A stretch of DNA of 63,390 nucleotides, counting the filler, from Asterionella formosa (taxonomy: Eukaryota): NCBI GenBank assembly GCA_002256025.1. It is 20 parts of 20 records of this genome, joined end to end, with 100 filler letters (N's around TTAATTAATTAA, not from the genome) between each part and the next. Parts side by side here need not be neighbours in the genome. Positions count along the whole stretch, not along the records: positions 1 to 28,226 come from NKIB01001269.1; positions 28,327 to 30,082 come from NKIB01001271.1; positions 30,183 to 31,938 come from NKIB01001272.1; positions 32,039 to 33,793 come from NKIB01001273.1; positions 33,894 to 35,647 come from NKIB01001274.1; positions 35,748 to 37,500 come from NKIB01001275.1; 14 more parts are not named here. One strand, given 5' to 3'. Shown one piece after another: positions 24,902-35,846 of this stretch. A program made the translations under genes and the position numbers. The notes under the pieces were generated by a model that was not told the DNA's origin, did no database searches, and worked only from the letters and a program-made list of their open reading frames with translations. Position 1 is the first letter of the stretch. Each line of letters opens with the position of its first letter.

Positions 24902-26041
24902 ATGGCTGATGCGGAACCCACCATTGCTGTTCTCCCTCCACTCAATAGTGGCCATGACGACTATGGTACGTCCTCCTCCGATGATGATGACGACGAGTAT
25001 GATGAGGCAGAAGCACTTCGAACCTGCCGTCTCAAACAAGGCAAGTGTCCACAATGTGGACAAGAATTGTACAAGTTGGTGCGACGAGGGGTCTTCAGGA
25101 AAAAATCAACGTTTCTACCATTGACAGTGGAAGGGCTTGTTGTTAGAGGTCAATGTTTGAAATGTCTTGATGGAGATGAAGCACTGGCCATTGCCTTGTC
25201 CAGCATGCCAGATGGCTTCGTAGCACTACAGGAGCCACCCACAGATGGTGCGACATCGTCGAACATTGAAGGCTTTGAGCCAATCATCACAATTCCAATT
25301 GCCACCTACGTATCCACCAATGCAGCAGTACAGCAGGTCGATGTTACTTATACAGGTGGATTTAATAATCATGGAGAACGGCATGGGAATGGAGTATTGG
25401 TATGGAGCAATGGTGATAAATATGTTGGAACGTTTTGGAATGGACTCCGTGAAGGGGAAGGGACCATTCAATTTGCAGATGGTACGTATTCGAGTTGAAT
25501 AATCTATTGCAAATGATATTCAATATACTTTTCAACCATATCAACTGACGCACACACGTATACGTATACACACGCAATAGGATCCGAGTATGTTGGGAAT
25601 TGGGAAAATAGCAAAATGCATGGTCAAGGGACTCGTCGGTTCAATAATGGAAATGTCTTTAATGGTACTTACAGAGAAGGTAAACGAAGTGGTCATGGTC
25701 GATGCTATTTTGCCAATGGTGACATGTATGTTGGTGAATGGAAATCAGATGCCATGTCAGGCTTTGGACGTTACTATTACAATGACGGCCAATCTTTTGA
25801 AGGATCCTTTCTAGAGGGAAAGAGACACGGGAAGGGCAAGTATCAACTCACTGATGGTCGAGTGGATATATACCGGTACATTAATGATATAAGAGTTGGA
25901 GAAGGGGTTCGCTGGTCGACCAATAGGAGGAAGGCATGGCGATTAGTCGACGGGAAACCGAAGGGGAAAATAAGTTTACAAATTGCTTCACAAATCATGC
26001 TTCACATCGGAGAAGGTCAACCAGAATTGCCAGGAGTATAG
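24902..26041 (+). CDS. MORN-repeat protein with N-terminal CxxC...CxxC; exons 24902-25481, 25581-26041
   Basis: Repeats YTGGF...RHGNG, YVGTFWNGLREGEG, YVGNWENSKMHGQG and others. A GTACGT...TAG intron at 25482-25580 joins the two ORFs in frame. Confidence 0.92.
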
Positions 26042-26647
26042 TATTGGNNNNNNNNNNNNNNNNNNNNNNNNNNNNNNNNNNNNNNNNNNNNNNNNNNNNN
26101 NNNNNNNNNNNNNNNNNNNNNNNNNNNNNNNNNNNNNNNNNNNNNNNNNNNNNNNNNNNNNNNNNNNNNNNNNNNNNNNNNNNNNNNNNNNNNNNNNNNN
26201 NNNNNNNNNNNNNNNNNNNNNNNNNNNNNNNNNNNNNNNNNNNNTGTGCGCGTGTGTGTGTGTATATTGGAAATGACGAAAGCATGAATTTTGCTGGTTT
26301 CGAAAAATGCACTGTGCTTGCATGGATTGTTTTGTGCTGCCTTCACCACAAAAGGGTTACGTAAAATCAAAATAGTTCAACCTCTACACTTATAGGAAAC
26401 GTAATTGAAATAGAGTGTAAGCATAGGATAACTCAGAAGCTACTACATGACATAAAAGCTTTGATTTTGCTCGCACAGATTCAGCGTTACGAATGTTCAT
26501 GCCATCGTGCCCGTTAGAAATTATCATTTAGTATTAACAGCACCGATCGGATCGATGTAGAAAGCAAAGAACATATCAGATCAAATTAGAACATTATTGG
26601 GAAGCTATTAGTAAAAAGTGAAGGTGGCCAAGGTGAGATTTAGCAAT

Positions 26648-28066
26648 TTACAAGCTATACAGGGTATTTTGCAAAATGCCCTTATCTTGAGACCAAGTGA
26701 CGCAGTTTTGTTCCCAGTCCGGTGGAGATTCACGTGCTTCTTTTCCCACTTGAGCAAGGGCATCCCGCACTATAGAACGTAATTTTTTGTAATCTGGTGA
26801 CTTGTTGGTACAGAGTCGTGCATGTTCTAGTAGTGCCGCAACCGCCTTGGCAGCTGGATCAAATGCCAAATCCGTGCCACAAATCACGGACGGATTAGTT
26901 TGTTGCTTAATGGTTGCGAGTGCTCGACTTCCATGATTGCTTCCATTGTTGTTCATCATTGCGTCTTCTTCTGCTTGATCAGACCATGGCAATGATCCGG
27001 ATCGAAGAAACGCCAATGTGTAACACAACGATTCTAGGTCATCCGCTGCTCGATTCCCACCACCGTGAGCCAACAGAGCAGACGCGGACGCAAATCTAGG
27101 AGTGCCGGAAAATGCATGTCTAGGAGGAATCTTCCCTGGGACTGCTACAGAATCCATTTCGATGGAAATTCCAAAATCAATTAAATGTGGTGTTTGTCGC
27201 GAAGATCCAGATCGCCCCATGAGGATATTTGCAGGCTGGATGTCTCGGTGAACAATTCCAACCCGGAGCATATCATGTAGTCTCTGTAGCATGTCATCTG
27301 CAATTCTCAAGACAGTCGGTGCGGAGAGTCCCCCTGCGCCACACGTACAGGACCACCACAAGTCTTCCAGGCTTGGTCCTAACAGATCCAATACCACTGC
27401 AGTGTGGTTGCCTTTGAGGTCTAATTCAACGTGTTGAACACGAACAAAGCCTGGAAAGTCTTGGAGAGTCTTGATGAATTTTGCCTCTCGCAACAGAGTA
27501 TCATTGTCGGCCGGAGATCTCGAAATTTTGACAGCCACCGGCTCTTTCTCCTGCTTGTCGCCATGTTCCGTCAACACGAGTTGATGTCCCAACCAAACAT
27601 CGGCAAATCCACCAGACCCGACAACAAAATCGTTTTGCTTGGAACGGGTATCTGTATAATCACGATGATTCTTCCGCAGTGCAATAATAGCATCCTTCAG
27701 TGCCAGTTTCCGTCGCTTGAGATGTTTGAGTTCCATTTCTTCTGCGTGATACATTGGTTTGTCCAAGGCCTCAATTTGCTGGGCAAGGCGCTTGTGTTCT
27801 TGTGATAGCTTTGCAAGATCCTTGGTAGTCTTGCTTGCAGCATTCATAATTCGCTTCTTTGCCTTCTTGGACCCCAGTGAAATCTTCCCGTTGTCCAACT
27901 CGAAGAAAGTGCATGTAATCGACGACAGCTCCTTTTTCTGAATGCCAAGGCCATTTGCAGTGCCTGTAATGATCAGCAGCGCAGCGATCCAGGAAAGCAG
28001 TCGCACTCTGTTATCACTAACCTTGCACCTACACATGCTCATTGAGATGTTGTTGATATGTGACAT
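26648..28066 (-). CDS. Casein kinase 1-like kinase with an N-terminal signal-like segment and a DUF465-like domain
   Basis: GSGGFA, VAVK, LDLLGPSLEDL, HRDIQPAN, IDFG, GTPRFAS, DDLESLCY and LPW are CK1-family motifs. Hydrophobic LLSWIAALLIITGTANG. EHKRLAQQI...LKRRKLALKDAI. Confidence 0.85.
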   Translation of the reverse strand: MSHINNISMSMCRCKVSDNRVRLLSWIAALLIITGTANGLGIQKKELSSITCTFFELDNGKISLGSKKAKKRIMNAASKTTKDLAKLSQEHKRLAQQIEALDKPMYHAEEMELKHLKRRKLALKDAIIALRKNHRDYTDTRSKQNDFVVGSGGFADVWLGHQLVLTEHGDKQEKEPVAVKISRSPADNDTLLREAKFIKTLQDFPGFVRVQHVELDLKGNHTAVVLDLLGPSLEDLWWSCTCGAGGLSAPTVLRIADDMLQRLHDMLRVGIVHRDIQPANILMGRSGSSRQTPHLIDFGISIEMDSVAVPGKIPPRHAFSGTPRFASASALLAHGGGNRAADDLESLCYTLAFLRSGSLPWSDQAEEDAMMNNNGSNHGSRALATIKQQTNPSVICGTDLAFDPAAKAVAALLEHARLCTNKSPDYKKLRSIVRDALAQVGKEARESPPDWEQNCVTWSQDKGILQNTLYSL

Positions 28067-28326
28067 GTATATAGGTATACTAGGATACTACTTAATGTGG
28101 GTGCAAGGTCTGTCAACTTCATAATAATATAGAGATGAAGAAATAACTGATATGAAATGATACCGGTATATATACATCAGTGATATCTGTTGAACATCAA
28201 TTTATTCCTCGATTTCATCAATCAGGNNNNNNNNNNNNNNNNNNNNNNNNNNNNNNNNNNNNNNNNNNNNTTAATTAATTAANNNNNNNNNNNNNNNNNN
28301 NNNNNNNNNNNNNNNNNNNNNNNNNN

Positions 28327-30082
28327 ATCCCCTTTCCCAAAGCACTTGAACTAATCCCTTCGATTTTCCTTCCCAACCTTCCTTGACCCTTGAAATTTGT
28401 GTCGATGTTGGCACTTGATATTGTGGACAGAGGAACACCAGATCGCTTTTATTCTTCCCTTTAGTATTGGCTCCCTTAGCAGCAAGATCGAATTATAATT
28501 GGGCACGACTTCTTTGAATTTCTTTGGGTACTCCAATGATGGTATCATGTCGACTTGCTTCTTGTTCAGCTAATTGGGCACGACTTCTTTGAATTTCTTT
28601 GGGTACTCCAATGATGGTATCATGTCGACTTGCTTCTTGTTCAGCAGGAGTCATCCAACATGGGCCCACATCATCAGGTTGGAATGTGAGGTGCTGTGTT
28701 TGACCAGGCTGTAATTTTCTTTGAAAGGGGCCAAGGAATCCTGCTTCTTGTTCAATGATTGTAGATTGCATGGGCAACCCCTTTCCACCAAAGGTTTTTT
28801 TCATCCTGATTGAACTCAATCCATCAGGTCTATGTTTGCTGTGTCCACTTGAATGGTCAAATAGATAAACAAACTTATAGCGTGGATGCATCACTTTTAG
28901 TACATCAATTGTGTCTTCGAATTGACACACCATGTGATTGTAATTCCAGTAGCCATCTCGATTTTCTCCATAATCAAAGTAGACCAAGAATGGAGAATTT
29001 TTTTTGTCAATGGCTTCTTCTTTTTGGTCCCATGTACATCAATTGCAGCTTCCTCATCTGCATAACTTGCTCCAAGTCTATTGGCATTGACCGTTGTAAG
29101 AATATAGTCATCGATTTCTCTTATCAAGCCATGCTCTTGAGTGATAAATGAACTGATCATTACTCCAGAACCCTCATCTTTTGGTAGTAGGGGTCTCTCG
29201 CCATTCGGACCTGTCCACATCTTGGAATTCAACAAGAATTGTTTGAATATTGCTTCATCTTGTCCAACAATCATAACAGTTTGCTCGTCATTTTTCTTTC
29301 GCACACTACAATCGCCTCCCATTGGAAGATCCGGTGAGGTATCAAAGTTGTCTGCATGATATTCTACCATAGAGATTCCATCATGGTCACTGTAATGAAA
29401 TCCAGTATTCTTGACAACTAAACCTTGTGACTCTAGAAGTTTAGATTTTTCTGCTGTAAAATGTACCCACCTTGGAGCATTAACCTCTTTCTTGAAGTAT
29501 TCAGCAATGAAAATTCGATGGTAGGCTAAGGTGTCTGCCTTCTCATGACCATCAACAAAGTAATGTTTCCTTCGAGTCTCATACTTGAATCCAACTGCAT
29601 GCATATACCTTGCAATTGTACAAATTGAGATCTTTGTCAAACCATAGGTCAGAAGGAACTGTTCTCTGCTGTTGTTTAATTCACTGTCCTCAACAACTCC
29701 TGGTCTTGCTGGTAATTCTTCATAGACGTCGCAATCATCAGGAACATCTACACCCAAACTCGCAACCAATGTTGGTACCAGATGTTCATGAGCATATTCA
29801 TACATTTTTTCCACAGACAAGTCATTTAAATTGGCGATCCCAAATTTCTTGAATGCATTCATGGCATCAGGATTTGATTGGAAGAATTGAGGGATCTTAT
29901 CCTTTTTGATTGGCGACTTACAGAAAGCATCTTGTAAATTGTATGCCAGTTGCCGATGCCACCTTCCAAGAGTCCTCACATTGGAGTAGGCTTCTAATCC
30001 AAGATCATTCATAACTACAATTGAATATTGGAGGCACTGCTGCCAGGTCCATCTGGGTTCCCCAATTTCCTTCTGAACAAAC
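28327..30082 (-). pseudogene. DDE-type DNA transposase pseudogene (probably IS630/Tc1/mariner-related), partial
   Basis: YFVDGHEK, VGQDEAIF, PKDEGSGVMISSF, GENRDGYW, LFDHSSGH, GGKGLPM, KGLVQVLWERG. Frameshift at an A8 run (~29000), TAA at 28493 and an internal ~75-bp tandem duplication. Confidence 0.75.
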
Positions 30083-30182
30083 NNNNNNNNNNNNNNNNNN
30101 NNNNNNNNNNNNNNNNNNNNNNNNNNTTAATTAATTAANNNNNNNNNNNNNNNNNNNNNNNNNNNNNNNNNNNNNNNNNNNN

Positions 30183-30976
30183 GTACAGATGCGTCCATTT
30201 CCAATGCCCTTTTGCGCTATTCTCCCAATCAAACACTAAGAAAACACATTTATATGGAAACGTCCACCTCTTGTCCAGAGAATTTGCAGGTTTTGGAGTC
30301 GTTGCGGAAGGTACGACATGAGGTATCTGTGAAACAAGTATTTGAATCCTACGCTGATCGATCTTTGCGTGATAGGATGGCGCAAACACCGAAGAACGTC
30401 GAAACCTTTCTCACTCACTTAGAACATCGAATCTCGGGATTGTACCAGCAGGATATGGCTCTTTTGGCCGATGCCAAGCGTAAGATAGAGAACACAACTG
30501 ATCCCTTGGAACCATGGGATATTTCGTTTTATACCACTATGATCAAGGCAAGCCGTGGACTGGATCCTAGTTTTGTTGCTGAGCACCTGACTTTACCTCA
30601 ATGTATTGATGGGATGAAGATTTTGGTTCTGAAACTCTTTGGTATTAATATGAGAGAAGAAGAAATGAACGAGATGGAACGATGGGATCATTTGGATTCC
30701 GCTGAAGCCAAGGCCAGGAAGTTTGTCTTTTGTGATGAGACTGAGAAACCCTTGGGTTCCGTCTATTTGGATCTTCATCCAAGGCCTGGAAAGTATAGTC
30801 ACGCAGCACATTTTGCGATTCGATGTGGTTGTTCATTAGGCTTGAATTCCAAAGAATATCAACTTCCAGTTGTGGCACTTGTTTGCAACTTGCAAGCGCC
30901 TCAAACTGGTTATGCTGCACTGTTGAGCCATATTGAAGTCGAAACGTTGTTTCATGAATTTGGTCATGCCTTTTAA
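30183..30976 (+). pseudogene. Peptidase M3 (mitochondrial intermediate peptidase-like) fragment, 5' cut by the contig end and 3' truncated
   Basis: LEPWDISFY, YLDLHPRPGKYSHAAHFAIR, VALVCN, LFHEFGHA, then an immediate stop. Confidence 0.85.
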
Positions 30977-31097
30977 TACCGGTACCAGGGGTTTTTGTAG
31001 TTTACCTTTGTACACAGTGCTAGTTGACTGCTAGTACACTAGCTTTCACTACGGTCTTAAAAGGTTGCACTGGGGGTTGAATTTTTTGTATGTACCA

Positions 31098-31938
31098 CCC
31101 TGGTACCTGGAACGAGGTATGATGTTAGAATTTCTTATTGTTAGACTATTTCAACAGGTATACCGGTACGTCGATAGTCTACTGGTATACGACTTAAAAA
31201 CTCATATTTACACATTTTTACCTTGTTACCAGATACCCTACCCTGGCTGTAGCTAGCTCAGTAGCAGCAAATAAACATTTACGAAATATAGAGTACTGGT
31301 ACCAGGAGGTACCGGTACCAGTACCGGTAGGCCTGATTAATGTTCAACAGAACAACATGAAGGAAATGGACTAATGGCACGTTCAAATATCGTGTAAATT
31401 GCCTCACCTCCAGGAACGACCATACCATGATGACAATACCGCTTCCCGTCTGCTCAGCGAAGTCAAGCATCATCGGGCCCGGTTAGTACTACGGTGGGGG
31501 ACCACGTTGGAATCCCGGGTCTTGTTCTTTTTGCACCGGATGTGTACCGGATGCGATTACACCTCCAGCACCTGGAACCATGTACCGTTTCTTTTGTTTG
31601 CACCCATGTATGGCTGGGTGCACCAGCAGAGTACTGGTACATCGGTAAAAGGTTTTCCCTCAAGTCTAGGAGAGTCTGCGATCCTGCACATCGATACAGA
31701 TGTATATAGGGTTAGGGTTATATCAAATATATCAGAACTCGACTAACACCTATTGTATACTTTGATGTCAACTTGGGAAACAAGTTGTACATAAGATTAG
31801 TTAGCTCATATATTCAACAAATACTCATACTTCTAGTTAGATACTTCACCCCCCTGGTACCTGGAACGCGGTATGATGTTAGAATTTCTTATTATTAGAC
31901 TATTTCAACAGGTATACCGGTATGTCGATAGTCTACTG
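31098..31938. repeat. 87-bp direct repeats (31098-31184, 31852-31938) bracketing an LTR-containing segment
   Basis: ccctggtacctggaacg.ggtatgatgttagaatttc...gatagtctactg occurs twice with about 3 mismatches. Confidence 0.9.
31644..31848 (+). mobile_element. Gypsy 3' end (PPT region + LTR), second copy
   Basis: ggtaaaaggttttccct...ggagag...gcgatc.tgcacatc.atacagatgtatatagg...agctcatatattcaacaaatact...gttagatacttca is shared with 62889-63031. Confidence 0.75.
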
Positions 31939-33482
31939 NNNNNNNNNNNNNNNNNNNNNNNNNNNNNNNNNNNNNNNNNNNNTTAATTAATTAANNNNNN
32001 NNNNNNNNNNNNNNNNNNNNNNNNNNNNNNNNNNNNNNTGCTGGTGATTGCTGGCTCCTTCTGACACAGCTTCAACAGCGCATAGGCCAGCTCAGCCATA
32101 TAGGTGCCCCTTGTCACTATGGCTACCAGATATTTCGGCGCCCAAGTGACTAGAGTAAAGCGAATCCGCTAATTGATCTCCAGGTCTTCTAGTCATGGGC
32201 ATGCATGGTCCAAATCGAAGGAGTATAGTGATTGGGTTTGGAAATTTTTCATCCAATTACTCCATCACACCAGGGCGTTCTTCGCTCCTGCCTGCACCCT
32301 TATGTAGTAAGGCTTGTTTAGGCAATTTGTAATTAGCCAGGTCAATCTGGAGGGGAAGCGTCGTGTTCCTGTTGATATAGCTACTTGAACACAAACACTT
32401 TTGCTTGTATTCTTTCTCTCAGTTTTTGTTGTCAATTTTGATTCAAAAAAATTATTATGGAATGATCAACTCGTTTATGCTAGGCTAGATATATGTTCGA
32501 AATAGGAACAGTTCATGCTCAATTTCCGTGGAGATACTATTCAGTCTAATAACAAGTTGGCCGTGGTGGTCAAGACAGAGTTGTTGACTCATCAACCCCC
32601 CTATTTGTACTACTACATAAGTAAAAAATCAAATTAATGTACTGGTAGTTTGTATTCCAGCCGTATATAATATGTCGCTATATATACCAGTATTATGTAC
32701 CAGCATGTAGTCAAATAAATAGAGTGAGGACCAGTGACCAGGACTAAAGATAGCTGGTATGTACATGGCTGACACTGCTGGTACTAATAAAACCATCCAG
32801 TATTACTAACTTTTGGTTTGCCAGCAGTTGGTTTTCATATTTAACCTGTAGGTATGTCATCATCAATTGGATATAAAAATCCATTTGAAGATATCAGCCT
32901 AACTTGGAATTGTATGTATCAATTATGTTTTGTAAACAGTCTACAACTCCGGAATGTCAACTAGTTCTTCCAACTTGTTGCCTTATAATTCCTCCTTGGA
33001 GAATGAAATTGTTGTCTTGCAAAGTTCAGGAGATTGTTCGTCAGATGATAGTGATTCATCTTCTGGGAACAAAATGGTTGAGCCCAGTAACATTTCCATA
33101 ATGCTATTATCATCTGCAGCCAGACGACACTCCAGCATGCACTCACCATTTTCCACTTCCCCTTGGCGACACTTCTTGGTGCTGGTAAGCAAGCCACCTT
33201 ATTTCATCATGCATACAATGACTCGACTATTATACTTTAGCTTGTTGTTGCAAGGCTGTGAAGAAGGTTTGGCCAACAGCTGAATTTACATTTGGATATT
33301 TGTTCTTATCATGCATGGAATGCATGGGTAAAGAAGCACAAAGGAAAGTTCAAGAAGTACGAAAAGAACAAGAAGAGAATGGGCAACGACTTAGAGGAAT
33401 ATAAGAGAAGTTCCTGGATAAATCTGATTCCAATCTTTTGCGGTTAATTTTTTAGGGGATCAAAACTTATAAGAAAGAGAAT

Positions 33483-33793
33483 GGGAATGGCTTACGGTAG
33501 TTGGCTGAGCACGTTGCCTTTGATCTGAGGTTCTGAGGTTCGATTACCGCAATTTTTTTGAGAAGCAATTGTTGGGTTCGATTCCCACACTCCTTACCGT
33601 CCCGCACGGTATTGCCTGTTGTGCAAGAAATAGTGGGTTGCCCCCCTACAAGCAGCTTGTGCCGCATTCCTAGGCGGTCGGAGTTTCCCCTAACGCTGCG
33701 GCTAAGACGATCATCTTTCGTGAAGGGTGGCTAGGGACTCACCTACGCTAACAAAACTAGGGAAGCAAAGGTCTTGTCGGCAGGCAGCACAAT
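33483..33793 (+). mobile_element. tRNA-derived SINE-like element (copy B, best preserved; cut by the contig end)
   Basis: tRNA-like head with ggttcgattac and gggttcgattccc B-boxes, then a GC-richer body whose end matches 7327-7412. Confidence 0.65.
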
Positions 33794-34875
33794 NNNNNNN
33801 NNNNNNNNNNNNNNNNNNNNNNNNNNNNNNNNNNNNNTTAATTAATTAANNNNNNNNNNNNNNNNNNNNNNNNNNNNNNNNNNNNNNNNNNNNCCTTTAA
33901 CTATTTTATTTAGTTGTATGTACTGTGTAGATTGAAGTACATAATAAAAGTATTTTGAAGAAAAACAGACCTCGTGGCTGATGTGTAACTGCGGGGCCGC
34001 AACCTTAATTTTAGGTTCGGAATAACTTTAAATGACCCTCAGGGACAGATAATTTAACCTACCGGTACATAAAATTCCTCACCTTCACTCCAAGTTCAAC
34101 ATAGAAGTACTAGATATACCGCCGTGTTAAATTACCGGTATATACGCTGGGAATGAACGGAAGTTCAGACTTTGGCTGAAAAACCGGCCTACTGTTCGAA
34201 TATTTCTACGAAAATCAGCGTGAGTCTTCGGTAGATGTCTGATGATGATGCATGCGAATTCCCATGAATTCGCATTTGTTTGAAAGGCTCCACTAAAATT
34301 TCGGTGAACTTCAAGAAGTTTTACCAAAACATTATTGACTAAATTCTACCAAAGTAGTATTTTTCTGTATTGCTCTGGTAGTGTTCTACTCCGGACAGGT
34401 CAATACTGTCCGGTACCCCTCCCTTGCTTGACCGTGGTGAAAATATGGTATAGAGAAAGGCAAAAATTCTACCCAGTAGTACAGGGGGTAGAATTTTTTT
34501 TCACATTTTGGTAGAATATTCTACCAACGGGGCAATGGAACCCTGCGGTATGCGATGGTATTGTCCAAGAAATTCTACCAGGGGTACCTCGTACTGGAGT
34601 AGTGGTACCAGTACCAGGGCACCTGGTAAGGCATGTGTAGCTGGTGAGTACTTTTGGGTACAACTCGTACCTGTACCTGTGTACCTGGTGCACTGGCTGT
34701 GTTATGTTGAGGGATTATACTAATGGTAAAACATCATAAATTAAAATAAACTTGAACATCGGTACAATCAAACATCAGCACGGCAACAAGCAATGTTGAC
34801 CAGGAGAGTAAATGAACTGACACATTCCCATGCTTACAAAAATGTACTTATTTCTGTGATATTGTGCAGAGGTTA

Positions 34876-35647
34876 TGGCAAATAACCAATGATAGTACTA
34901 AAAGCTGTGAGTTTAGTGTAGAGGAGCCTGGGGAAAACAAGGATGATAACAAAACACTTGGCCAGTATTCTTCCATTAACTATTACTGCAAAAAAGGCTT
35001 TGTAGCATTTTATGCCACATTTTCTTTTCACTTGGAATGTAATTTTACCCGCAGTGGAAGTCCAACAAGGTATGGCTGTGCCTGTCAATGACCTTGTAAT
35101 CAAAAAGGCCAAAAAACAGGACAAGTCTGCAGACGAGACAAGGGAAACATTACAGGCAAGGCAGCCTCTAGAGTCTCACATTTAACAAGATTTCAATCAT
35201 GATGGTCATCCTTTTCTCGCTCATTCAAGTATAAAAAATCCGATTCATCAATAGTATAAGCTGCCTGTTTGTGTGTTGTGTCTGTCAATTCCATGTGGTC
35301 AGCCAAATTGACAATTGCTTCCAACTAACAAGAAAACTAACTGCAAATATTCGACTCCTTGTCGCTCTGATGGCCAAGCTGCAACGAAAATTCTAAGGAT
35401 GAGAGGGATGCGCCAAGCCAGGTTCTCATTGTTTGCATCACTGTCAAAAGGCAGTTGTTTTCTCCTTTCATTGGCCATCATCTTGAGACGGAGTGTATGG
35501 ACCAATGCACTAACCCAAAAAACAGTGGGTTTTCCGCTAAGAACTGACAATCCAGCAAATGCTAAAGAAAGACTTAGACAATTCTGCAAGATGATGTGCG
35601 TGCGTGCAGGAAAATCATGAGTTGTGACAATTGAACAATGGTAAATT
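34876..35647. repeat. Unclassified interspersed repeat, ~780 bp, copy 1
   Basis: Colinear with the reverse complement of 58907-59696; the ORF track shows near-identical spurious peptides for both. Confidence 0.9.
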
Positions 35648-35846
35648 NNNNNNNNNNNNNNNNNNNNNNNNNNNNNNNNNNNNNNNNNNNNTTAATTAAT
35701 TAANNNNNNNNNNNNNNNNNNNNNNNNNNNNNNNNNNNNNNNNNNNNCGGTACCGGTACCGCTATTGGTTTCTAATTGGCAAGAACAGTTCCCATCATAG
35801 CTACGATCGAGTACAAACTTGCAGGCATACAGAGTTGTGCTTTGAA

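Noticed and set aside
31707..31718. Telomeric TTAGGG-like repeat
   Set aside because: Only about two units, inside an LTR; not significant.
33483..33600. Functional tRNA gene with an intron
   Set aside because: Stems are mismatched, the insert contains a T7 terminator and a second T-arm, and similarity extends into a repeat body.
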